Assembly (NCBI RefSeq): GCF_001194135.2
Contig: NC_068990.1
Coordinates: forward strand, 71,701,161-71,734,602
Source of the DNA: Octopus bimaculoides
Lineage: Eukaryota
DNA length: 33,442 nucleotides
Reading direction: 5' to 3'
In this document: piece by piece, positions 1 through 10,182 of the stretch
Numbering within the stretch: the stretch's first letter is position 1
Layout: each line of letters begins with the position of its first letter
Translations under genes and position numbers: made by a program
The notes under the pieces: generated by a model
The model's database searches: none
Seen by the model: the letters and a program-made list of their open reading frames with translations, nothing else
What the model was told of the DNA's origin: nothing

Positions 1-375
1 ACACATACACACACATATGTACATACATATATACACACACCTATATGCACATACATACACACACATATATGTGCACACAGACACAGACATATATATGCAC
101 ATACATATACATACACATATATATGTGCACCTACATATATACACACACATATATATATATATACATATGCACATATATGTATATATTCACACATATACAT
201 ATATAGACGCATATGTACATGAACATACATAAACAGATATGTGCATATATACACAAATACATATATAAGCATATGTAAAAATGTACTGTATACATACACA
301 TACAGGCACACACCTACACAGACATGCAGACACATACATACATATGCAGACACATACATGCACATGCAGACACAT
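1..375. repeat. Degenerate (CA/TA)n microsatellite and low-complexity tract
   Basis: Alternating purine-pyrimidine runs such as acacatacac and atatatacac. Confidence 0.95.
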
Positions 376-771
376 ACAAATGCATAATGAACAAAGAGAT
401 TCAAAGAAAACTTTCTAGTGACAATGGTTGAATAATTGTGCTAAAAGATGTAAAGAATATAAAGGAAGATATGGAGAATATTTCTAGAGAATTTCTCATC
501 TCAAACAATGAGTGAGCGTAGAAAACAACAAAATAAAGATTTAGAGATTTGAATAAATCTTGATGAAGGAAGTTGAGAAGATGAAAGAAGAGATTTCTAT
601 ATCTAAATAAACCTTTCCCTCCCTCCCTACCCTCTCTCACTCACAATATACATAATGTACACACGCAAATATACATAATATACACATGCACACATGCGTG
701 TTTTCCATATTTTATATTAGATTCATATGTGAACAATACATACATACACATATGTATAAAATAAATATATA

Positions 772-839
<68 letters not shown>
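772..839. repeat. (GT)n(AT)n compound microsatellite
   Basis: Seen directly. Confidence 0.95.
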
Positions 840-843
<4 letters not shown>

Positions 844-874
844 CAAACGCATATAAAAAAAGTGGAGTTGTTAG

Positions 875-2400
875 TACCACATTTATTCCATGGTTTACAT
901 CTGTTTCATTTAAAAACACACACGGCAGAACAGAGAAGTCAGCTCAAAACACCAATCCTTCAAAGATTTCCTGCAGAAAAGGTCCCAATGCCAGAATTTT
1001 CAGCTAAGATTCAAGTCTTTGTTAGATTTAAGGTTTTGCACTGGTATTTGGAATTTCATCTCAAAATCTTCAGCTAATTCTGCAATGGGAATTATGCTGT
1101 TGGCATATAAGAGTTTTCACAGACAACAGGTCTTAAAGTTCTCAGTCATGGCCTAAAAAGCTATAACTCCACTGCCTCAGAAAAGCTGAGAACTGAGCTT
1201 TGGTATACATCAATCTGTGCAGTAAAACCCAAGCTGGACTAATTGTAAACTATCACTTTGCTAACAACACCACTGTACATGACTTGCATGCCATTCACAA
1301 GCTAGTTTTTTAAGTGCTCAAACTACAGAGTATAGAATCCTGTTAAAAACTTTAAGGTTAACAAAAGCCATGTGGCAAACTTCTAGCTAGTATTTCTTCA
1401 GTAGTTGACTCACTAGGAAGCAGGAAACTCTAGTACTTTATCCTCAAACAAACCCAAATTTCATCTCATCCAGGTTAATTCTTTTCTTAATCAGTTGTAA
1501 CTTTAGTAACCTGAACCGTCAAATTGATATCTTTGTAACTGACTCACCCTCCAGAGTAGTGGTTCTTGACAGGGGTCCATATCACTCCTGAGGTTTCATA
1601 TAAGACTTTTAGTGATCCACTCAACAAAATAGTAAATTTGGGATCCACAACAGTATTTTAAGGGCCCCTGAAGAAATTTTGCTTTAGATGTATGTATTGA
1701 TATGTATTGCAAGAAACAGCTGGGTTTCGTTCTTTAGAATTTTACATAGTTCTAGTGAAAAACAAAATAGGAATTTTGAAAGAAGTTTCTATAAAACTAG
1801 TTTTGAAACATTGAATGGTTATGGGGTCCACCAGAATTAAATGATAACCAAAGGGGTTCACAAATAAAAAAAATGATTGAGAGCCCCTGCTATAGAGCAT
1901 CTCTTTTCCTTTTGACAAATTGATGATGACACTGCAATTCTTCTTATAGGGTATGAAACCTTCTGATATTCTTTAACTGACTGAGAAAGTGACATTTGCA
2001 CATGACCTTCTTTGGCAAATACTTCAAGCATTTTGCTGGCTGTTCATAATGACCAGCTGCCTTCCTTCATATCCTTAAATACCTTTCAAATGTATATTTG
2101 TCAACTTGAATGACTGCTTCCCTTCCCCTCTCTCTCATGCATTCTGCTCCTTCAACAATTTCTTGTAATGGCATTACAATGCCTTTGACAACATTAGTGA
2201 AAGAAAGTATTCTACTATAATTCTGTACACACTCCTCTCTCGTGTATGATGCCTATTTTTCCTCTTGTTCACTGCCTTGCATTTCATTGTGTTTTCCCTT
2301 AGAATAAAAATGAACTTGAAAATTTTTTTATTAATTACTTGAAATGATCTCCCCAGCTCTTCAAGAATGATAAACAATTACAGTCAGGATTTTGTTTCCC
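875..2400 (-). mobile_element. Decayed RTE-clade LINE, reverse transcriptase region, with many stops and frameshifts
   Basis: Minus-strand translation patches follow RTE ORF2 order: WGDHFK, VEGAE, KDMK, RINLDEMKFGFV (QFGF motif), MAFVNL (FVDL motif), YQSSVLS (QGSVLSP motif), KLLYANS (LLYADD motif), IAELAEDFEMKF. Confidence 0.8.
1557..1889. mobile_element. hAT-type MITE inserted in the RTE remnant
   Basis: Ends tagtggttcttgac and attgagagcccctg resemble the hAT TIR CAGTGGTTCTCAAC. Flanked by an imperfect 8-bp duplication, ctccagag (1549-1556) and ctatagag (1890-1897). The RT sequence resumes across the insertion. Confidence 0.7.
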
Positions 2401-2440
2401 TGTCTCCAACTAAGACAATAAATTTGAAATCAATGATGCA

Positions 2441-2512
2441 CAGCATTTAATACATGCCATTATGTACAGCATTTAATACATGCCATTATGTACAGCATTT
2501 AATACATGCCAT
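2441..2512. repeat. 26-bp tandem repeat, 2.8 copies (cagcatttaatacatgccattatgta)
   Basis: Identical units start at 2441, 2467 and 2493. Confidence 0.95.
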
Positions 2513-2562
2513 CTATAAGCATATAAGCACTTGTGCTGTCAAAGACAGCTCAGTTTATGGTG

Positions 2563-2940
2563 GGTGCAGGAATAGCTGTGTGGTTAAGTAGTTCACTTGG
2601 TAACCGCATGGTTTTGGGTTCAGGCCCACTGTGAGGCATTTGGTAAATATCTGTCACTATAACCCCAGGCCAACCAATGTCTCATGAGTGATTTAGGAAA
2701 TGGAAACTGTTTACAAGCCCATCATGTATATATTATATATTGTTTATGAGTATATGTTTGTCTTTAATCTCTTGACATCTGGTGTTGATTTGTTAGTAAC
2801 CCATAGCATGATGGTTCAGCAAAAAGAGTCCAAAAGAATAAGTGCCTGACTTTAAAATAAATAATGGGGATGACTTGTTTGACTAAACACATCAAAATGG
2901 TGACTCCAGCATGGCAACAGTCCAATGACTCAAATAAGTA
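2563..2940 (+). mobile_element. tRNA-derived SINE, family A (informal name)
   Basis: A-box-like tagctgtgtggttaag and B-box-like gggttcaggcc; body and 3' tail homologous to copies at 21251 and 24520. Confidence 0.75.
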
Positions 2941-4360
2941 GTTGCAAGCAGACACAGGCACATTCTTGGCCCTCACCTCACCATTCTTGGACCCAATAAA
3001 AGGAGAGGGATTATTTCAGATGAGTGCATCTACATGTGTATACATATGTCTGTCTGTCTGTCTATCTGTCTATCTATCTATCTATCTTAGCACAAACATA
3101 AATACACACATGTATATATCTACAGACATGTGCATGCAAGCACACACACATACATAGATCATATATAAGAACAGGAAGCTGGTACAATGGTGTAAAGTGT
3201 ACAAAGATGTGACAACGACAGAGGGAAAAACATTATCTCGTAAGCGAATTGTCTCAAAACGAACTGATTACGCATTTTATAAGCCATTCCTTGGGTAATA
3301 AACAGTTATACATGAATAGTGGGGGAAGGGTGGTGGTGGTGGGAAGAGAGCAAGGAAAGGGAGTTATTGATAATGAGACATTATATATTAATGAAATTGC
3401 TTACAGGAAAATTAACGAGACTTTCTAAGCAGCAGCACTAGCAGTGTTTGTAGTTGATCAATTCAAAGCTAAATCTAAACATTCTTGTTCAATGTATTGA
3501 GAACTGATATAAATATAGAAAACAGAGAAGTTCCTAATATATTGTAATTTGTAAGTAAATGGATCTTCATCAATTTCAGCGATGATCAACTAATCTACCT
3601 GTTCACTAAATGAATGCATAAATAGCTGAATATTCCACAGGTAGGTATATCTTTAATCCTTTTGCAGTACCATTAAATTCCATGGTTATTCCAGTAATGT
3701 GGTTAAATATCTACCAAAAACGGAACTGGTATTTTCTGCAGGTCAAATTGCCTCAGTGAACTTGACATAACTCAAAAACAACAAAAACAGTTTCAAACAT
3801 GACATTCCTTAACAAAAGATAGATTGGTATATAAAACTGCCTCCCACAGTTAAGGTTGATGAAATTTTGAGTGGATATAATCTGCTTTCCATAATAAAAG
3901 GGTGAAGAGGATTTTCAGGCAGAACCAATGAGTCATGTATACTTGACACGGGTTCATATTTTGTGTTAAAGGTACAATCCAGTTAACAAACTTCCACAGT
4001 TTCCATAGTCTCAATTTCAGTAAGAGAGCTTACACTGACTTACAGCTGCAGTAAATGATATACTCTCCCTCATGGCTGTTAAACAAACTTCTTAATTGCA
4101 GAGTTATTATGAGTTGTCAGCTAGCTAAATGATTAATTATTTGTGAGGACACTGTATTTCATTATGCAACTATAATATACTATAGGTATATTAAAGACTT
4201 TATAAGTAAATACTGTGCCCTACTGTGTTAGCAGTGCTATTAAATCACTTTTTAAGCTCATCTCTACAGATTTTCTATAGAAATTACAGCCAGTACTGAT
4301 TTCTTATAACGTTTTGTATCCAAATACATCTAATGTAAACAATGCAATCAAAGACAGAAA

Positions 4361-4431
4361 AATGGGTAACGGGTGTATATGCCATATTTCAGGAGTTCTT
4401 GCTCCTTCATCAGTGCCACATCCAACCCATT
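4361..4431 (-). ncRNA. Type I hammerhead ribozyme motif with complete core
   Basis: Minus strand reads aatgggt-tggatgtggca-CTGATGA-aggag caagaa ctcct-GAA-atatg g catat-A-cacc-cgtt-acccatt. All core nucleotides are present, with a 5-bp stem II, palindromic stem III, AUA triplet and 7-bp distal stem I. Proximal stem I is partly mismatched. Confidence 0.7.
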
Positions 4432-4496
4432 AACTATTCACCAACTCATTGCTTAAACAGCCACTAAATATAGTGGTGTAACACTATTGGATGGTT

Positions 4497-4555
4497 AATG
4501 GGTTGGATGTGGTGCTGAAGAAGGAGCAAGAATTCCTGAAATAAGTATATACAAC
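4497..4555 (+). ncRNA. Second, more degenerate hammerhead motif (inverted copy)
   Basis: ggtg-CTGAAGA-aggag caagaa ttcct-GAA-ataagtatat-A-caac. Forms an inverted repeat with 4385-4440 (50/56 identical by manual alignment). Confidence 0.55.
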
Positions 4556-4564
4556 TCCTCTCAA

Positions 4565-4613
4565 GGCATCCAACCCATGTCAGCATGGAAAATAGACGTT
4601 AAATGATGATGAT
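4565..4613 (+). mobile_element. RTE-LINE 3' tail fragment ending in (TGA)n
   Basis: ccaacccatgtcagcatggaaaatagacgttaaatgatgatga matches the 3' end of the RTE at 21210-21245. Confidence 0.7.
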
Positions 4614-4727
4614 AACCTTAAACTAGCTAAATGAATAGAAGGTGAGCTGTCAAGCCAATGGAAGAAGCTCTATGTAGATGCTTAATCAGCTGGAAATGGC
4701 AACAAAATTTTAACTTCATTATGCTAC

Positions 4728-4870
4728 ATCATCATCATCATTGTTTAATGTCTGTCTTCCATGCTGGCATGGGTGGGAGGGTTTGACAGGAGCTGGCGAG
4801 GCAGAAGCCTGCACCAGACTGTTTTGGCAGGGTTTTTACAGCTGGATGCCCTTCCTAACACCAACTACCA
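4728..4870 (-). mobile_element. RTE-LINE 3' tail fragment
   Basis: (CAT)n then ttccatgctggcatggg and cagctggatgcccttcctaac; homologous to 33233-33442. Confidence 0.75.
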
Positions 4871-5444
4871 AGCATAAAAAGAAAGGAGGATAGTATAACT
4901 AGGACTAAATTTTTCCATGTTTTTAAAAAAGAGTGACACAGAGCAATGATGAAGAAATAACCTTTCATCTTGGGTTTAGATATCAACAAAAACTATTGTA
5001 TGTTATATACATTATATAACACCACACAATATTAAGCATTACCTTTTGATATACCGAAGAATAAAACAATCATCAAAGCTTTAAAAGAATGTACTCAAAA
5101 TTTTGTCATCACATTTATTGATGGTGTAGGTCAGGCATGGGCAACTTTTATTGAGAAGTGTGTTGCATGAGACATGGCTTGTCATCAGGCAGGCCACACT
5201 ACTGAAAAAATACACCCCACAGTGCAGAAGAAACCTCGTCAGGTGACATAACATGTTTCTAAGTTACATTTCACTCATAGGTGTAACTGGATGATATTGG
5301 TAGTATTGGTGTATTGGTAGTAGACAGTTCTGAAATACATTGATGGAGCAAAATAACTGTGGTGTGTATTCAGAGCTCGACACATATTTGAGTGTGTCTG
5401 TATGTTTATTTACATTTTCCCTTCTCCAAAAATCAATGAGCTAC

Positions 5445-5631
5445 AAGAAATGACATAGGAGATAAGTTGATTACATTGTCCCTAGTGATCAACTGGTACT
5501 TATTTTATTGACACCAAAAGGATGAAAGGTGATGTTGACCTTGGTGGAATGTGAAGTCAGAACATAAAGACGGATGAAATGCCACCAAGCATTTTGCCTT
5601 ATGTGCTAATGGTTCTGCCAGTTCACCACCT
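5445..5631 (-). mobile_element. SINE family B copy
   Basis: Reverse complement of the aggtggcgagctggcagaa...ataagtaccag family seen at 12635. Confidence 0.7.
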
Positions 5632-6054
5632 TTGTTGATATAAATATTAAAACAAAAATGAAACAAAAAAATGTTCTAGTTGAAAGGTAAGGTTACAATA
5701 ACAACATGAATAACAACCTAGATGTTTAGGCCTTTAATTAACTAAAGTAAAAAAAAAAAATCTGGAGAAACTTAATACAAGTTATTTCTGCATGATTGGT
5801 GATGCAACAATGCTAATAATAAATATGTGTCCAAATAAAATTGTCTTTGCTTTTTAGGATCACACACCACCCATGCTGAATAAAGCTTAGTAACATGTAC
5901 CATGCTTTTTATATTTGTTTTAGGTGCCTGTGTAGTCCTGAGCATATGTAGATACTCATCTGCCTGTCTCACCATTTGATCCAATAGAAGAGAGAGAGAG
6001 AAAGAGAGAGAGAGAGCTGCATCAGCGCTCAAATGATAGTCATTTTCAGCTCAG

Positions 6055-6165
6055 CAGACTGGAGTAGTATGAAATGATGTACCTTGCTCAAGGACACAAA
6101 CATGCTACTAGGTTCAAGAATTGAACTCATGATATTAAGATCATGAACTGAACACCCTAACTGCC
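6055..6165 (-). mobile_element. Partial tRNA-derived SINE (family C head)
   Basis: ccttgctcaaggacaca and aattgaactcatgat are the reverse complement of the head of the copy at 18435. Confidence 0.55.
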
Positions 6166-6229
6166 AGGTCAGGCCAGGCACCTTCACGGTGGTTACGTAA
6201 AATAAGTGAAAGTAAATGATGTTACTTAC

Positions 6230-6261
6230 TTTGCTTGGCGTTGATTGTTCTTGCATTTGGC
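6230..6261 (-). CDS. Candidate 32-nt coding micro-exon of the same minus-strand gene, (G)QMQEQSTPSK
   Basis: Strong acceptor ctttctctatatttttag| and consensus donor |gtaagt. Open with phase-1 entry, matching the phase-1 exit of the PDZ exon. Low-complexity linker-like peptide, no homology recognised. Confidence 0.55.
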
Positions 6262-6946
6262 CTAAAAATATAGAGAAAGACATTATGTAACAAGAGAGAG
6301 ATATTCTATAATTAGGCAAATTATCTTGAGTAATAAGTTAAGTCAGTTTCTTATAGACTAAAAAATAAGGGCAAATGAAGAAGCCTCTACATGATCACTT
6401 GAGGTTCCTGAAATAACAACAAAACATCCCTTAAATAGTTTCACCATCGACTCAAAAAACAAAAAAATGATAAGGACACATTAGATGATGTCCACAATAA
6501 ATGGTTTCTGCAACTAGAAGTTCTTCCTAAAGCCAGAAACTTTAGAGAATGTACTGGGTGCTTAATTTTGCAGCACTGGCAAAAGAGATTACTAGAATAA
6601 GGACCAAACTGAAAGAAGTCAAAATCCCTCTTGACTGAATGAGAGCGTAGTAGTGAGTGAGGTGGTTTTATGCCTGGTGTGAGAGGTTAAAATATGATAG
6701 AAGAACAGGTGTCTTGCTGTAGATACAAGGCCAATCACCATATTATGGTGGGTAGGCATAATTAGAGTGGTATTGGGAAGGGAAATAAGATTGTAGTGAC
6801 AAAATGCCAAGGCACATGAAGGTGAGTTGAAAGTAGAATGGAGACTGGAGATTGAGAAGGATGTGTGGGTAAAGTTTGGAAATGTGAGAGGAAGGTGACA
6901 ACAAGCGATTAGAAACAGGGGTCACAGCATGGCCAATAACATATAC

Positions 6947-6990
<44 letters not shown>

Positions 6991-7429
6991 AAAATAAATA
7001 ACTCAGAGTGACTGGTGGATGTATGTGAACAACATAGACAAATACAGGTATATCAAACACTGTACAACATAAATTCTTGACTTATTAAAATTATCTCTGC
7101 CTCTAGAGGATGTGTCACACTTACCAAATGTAAATTGAGAATAACTTTATATGAGAAGGGGGGATAATCTTAAGTAGAACGATTTTCTCCAGAATTTACA
7201 TGTCATTAAGGGAAAAGATTGGTTTATTGGAGACAAGTCAACATTCATGGATATGTGATTCTGCCTCAATACTTATATCTAGCAGCCAAAGGATATAGGT
7301 ATATATACAAAAAGAGAACATATTTATGACCTGGTGTGTGCGTGCGTGCGTGTGTGTCTCTTCCTCTTCTCTTGGAAGTTGCACTCTGATTGTAAACAAT
7401 GTCACCATTCATAGAGATAGTGTTTCTTG

Positions 7430-7620
7430 TTCCTAGTCTTTCATGAAAACATTTCCAACCATTGAGCTGTTCATTGTTCAACGGTTTTGAGGAAATATTA
7501 TCTTGTATGGAAACAGGTGAGGGTTGTCTGCAGGAAGAGTTTCCAGCCATAAAAAAACCCTGCCATAACAGGTTTCATCAAGTCAATGTAGCATGGAAGA
7601 GTCGACATCAAAATTATGAT
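7430..7620 (+). mobile_element. Degenerate LINE-type 3' tail repeat
   Basis: caggaagagtttccagccataaaa and gcatggaagagtcgacatcaaaattatgat resemble the RTE tail consensus seen elsewhere in the window. Confidence 0.5.
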
Positions 7621-8602
7621 ATGTTATATATGGATGTTTGAGTGGATTCCAACTTGATTTAATCAGAAATCAAACATGGAAAGAGATAACTGTAAAACAT
7701 TCAGACCAGAACCATCAAATTTTGCATTAGACTCTCCATCATTTATTAAGCTAACAACTTATGTGAAAGATATAAGCTAGAAGTCTATTAAATGAAGGCA
7801 ATATTATCTAAGCTTTAAGCACTAACTATTTCCAGTTTGATCAGCTTGAAGTGAAATAAGTGAATAATTTACAAGTAGCAATCTTATCTTTTTTGGTATA
7901 AGACTATTCACAATGTTTACACTTTAGCACTGTTAAAAATTCAATTAAAACAACCAGGTAGCCACATTCAATACATTGATTAACAACATGTTTTCATCAC
8001 ATCTCAGAATGAACATGGCTGCTGTATTGTAATTAACGAACACAAGTTATTATTGAGCACTTGATGACCTTTCCTTTGAAGCAGTCGACTTGCATAACCT
8101 TTTTTTTTTGTAATTGATATCAACATGTCATGAAATAAGATCCTGTTTGATACCGTTGAACAGACAACTGGTTATTGAAAATGTGAAAATTAAATAAACT
8201 GAAATATTAATAGAATATGTGACAGTAAAAGTGAAAACAATAAAATAAATAAATGTAAAACATAAAGATTTTCACTTTAGTTTGATTTCTTTTGATTAGA
8301 TATGAAGTTGAATTTTGTTGGAGAGTATAGAAAGTCAGATCAACCTTAGTATAGCACTGGTATATATTTTAGCAAACTCAATGAGATTTGAACTGCAAAT
8401 ACCAACAGATACTAAACATGAAACAATAAAATATTCTATGAAAATGACTACATCATATGATGAAGAAAGAAAGAGAAACAAAAACTGAGCAAGTCTAAAA
8501 GAGGGTGAGTGGAGGTAAAAAGAATAACCGGAAGAAGACAAAAAGAAATAAGAAAAAAGAACAAGTAGATTAAGAATATGTGTGTGGGTGTGTGTGTGCG
8601 TG

Positions 8603-8865
8603 AGATCATAATCAGCATCATTTAACATCCATTTTCTGTGCTGGCATAAGTTGGATGGCTTGACAGGCGTTGACAAGGTCTGGGTTTGCACCAGGTTACA
8701 TAGTCTGTATGGCATGGTTTCTACAGCTAGATGCCCTTCCTGATGCAAACCATTTTAGAGTGTATTGGGCGTTTTTTAGATGGCACCATCACCAGTGCTT
8801 TTACATAGCATCACCACCAGTGCATTTTATGTGGCATCATATCACCAGTACTTTTTATGTGGCAC

Positions 8866-8868
<3 letters not shown>
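8603..8868 (-). mobile_element. RTE-LINE 3' UTR/tail fragment
   Basis: tttaacatccattttctgtgctggcat, ctacagctagatgcccttcc and ttttatgtggcaccag are homologous to 21060-21245 in reverse. Confidence 0.7.
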
Positions 8869-8946
<78 letters not shown>

Positions 8947-8949
<3 letters not shown>

Positions 8950-10182
8950 GGGATGGACAAAATAATGGAGACACTTAGCATCATAGCAGCATAATTTTGA
9001 AATATCTATAAAACCATCGAAAGCTTGTTTATTTTTGTTTTTTGATTTATTATTAGTGTTGCTTAATATGTTTTACTAAAATTGCTGTTTCTTTTCAGAT
9101 ATCATCAGAAAAAGGTAATTAAAATTCATTCAAATGACAGATCTATCGGACTTTCAAAGAGGTCAAATTGTTGGTGCTCGTATGGCAGGTGCTAGCATAA
9201 TGAAAACAGCCGAAATGTTTGGTGTATCAAGAAGTACTGTCTCAAAAGTAATGACAGTCTTTGAGAAAGAGGGAAAAACCTCCTCATCAAAACAAAACAC
9301 CAGAAGAAAACCAAAACTTTCAGATAGGGACCGTCGGATGCAAATTGTTAGAAAGGATCACAAAAATACAGCTCCCAAAATTACTGCAGAGCTTAATGGC
9401 TACCTCGAGAACCCAGTTTCCACAATAACTGTTCACTGGCAGTTGCACAAAGCTGGATTTCATGGGAGGGCTGCAATCAGAAAACACGTTGCAAAGTGAT
9501 CAGAGTGGAGTAAAAACCTACAGAATTAGTCCCTGGAGTAGTGGAAGAATGTTATTTTCTTGGACAAGTCATCCTTTACTTTATTTCTGACCACCAGCCG
9601 AGCATGCGTGTGGAGACAGCTAAAAGAAGCATTTGACTCAGACTGCCTTCTTCCAACATGGAGGAGGATCTCTGATGATCTGGAGGGTTATATCTTGGAA
9701 ATCTGCCAGCCCAGTGGTTTCTCTTCATAGCAAAATGAATAATCAAGACTATTTAAGCATTTTATCTGATCAAATTCATCCTACGGTTGCAGAACTGTTT
9801 CCAGAGGGAAATGCAATCTTTTAGGATGATAATGCACTAATTCACACAGCTAAAGTTGTTACTGAATGGCACGAGGAACATTCTGGTAAAGTTGAACATC
9901 ATATCTGGCCAGCACAGTCCCCAGATCTCAATAATATTGAGCATTTATGGTGCATTTTAGAAAAACAAGTAAGGAGTTAATATCCTCCACCATCATCACA
10001 AGAACTGGAGACTGTTTTAGCTGAAGAATGGACAAAAATTCCTTTCGAAACAATTCAAACTTTGTACGAATCTATACCTCGTAGAATTCAAGCTGTAATT
10101 ACTGCCAAAGGCAGTTGTACTCCATGTTTAAATAAATTTGTTTGAAACTTTAAGGTGTTTCCATTATTTTGTCCAACCCCTG
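8947..10182 (+). mobile_element. Full-length inactive Tc1/mariner element (1236 bp), DD36E spacing
   Basis: 30-bp TIRs caggggatggacaaaataatggagacactt and caggggttggacaaaataatggaaacacct (27/30 identical), with a TA target dinucleotide on both sides and an internal transposase. Confidence 0.95.
9134..10144 (+). pseudogene. Tc1-like transposase pseudogene with several stops and frameshifts
   Basis: HTH region MTDLSDFQRGQIVGARMAGAS..GRAAIRK; catalytic motifs VIFLDKSSF, HGGGSLMIW, *DDNALIH, WPAQSPDLNNIEHLW and C-terminal SIPRRIQAVITAKG. Confidence 0.92.

Noticed and set aside
381-620. Possible coiled-coil LINE ORF1 remnant
   Set aside because: Many stops and no diagnostic motif.
17-1077. His/Tyr/Ile/Val/Cys-rich ORFs from the track, here and at similar tracts across the window
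   Set aside because: Translations of (CA)n, (TA)n and (GA)n microsatellites or N gaps.
4044-4075. 32-nt segment with tttaacag| acceptor and |gtaagt donor
   Set aside because: Phase-0 entry gives CCA TGA; no homology.
5043-5078. 36-nt candidate exon encoding hydrophobic ALMIVLFFGISK
   Set aside because: Needs phase-1 entry. After the phase-0 end of exon 6230-6261 it gives an immediate TGA, and its splice sites are moderate.
5772-6032. 86-aa minus-strand ORF
   Set aside because: Starts in a (GA)n tract; no recognisable domain and no convincing splice sites.
6620-6950. Possible LINE endonuclease remnant on the minus strand
   Set aside because: Only weak motif resemblance (NHLTHY..); too decayed to call.
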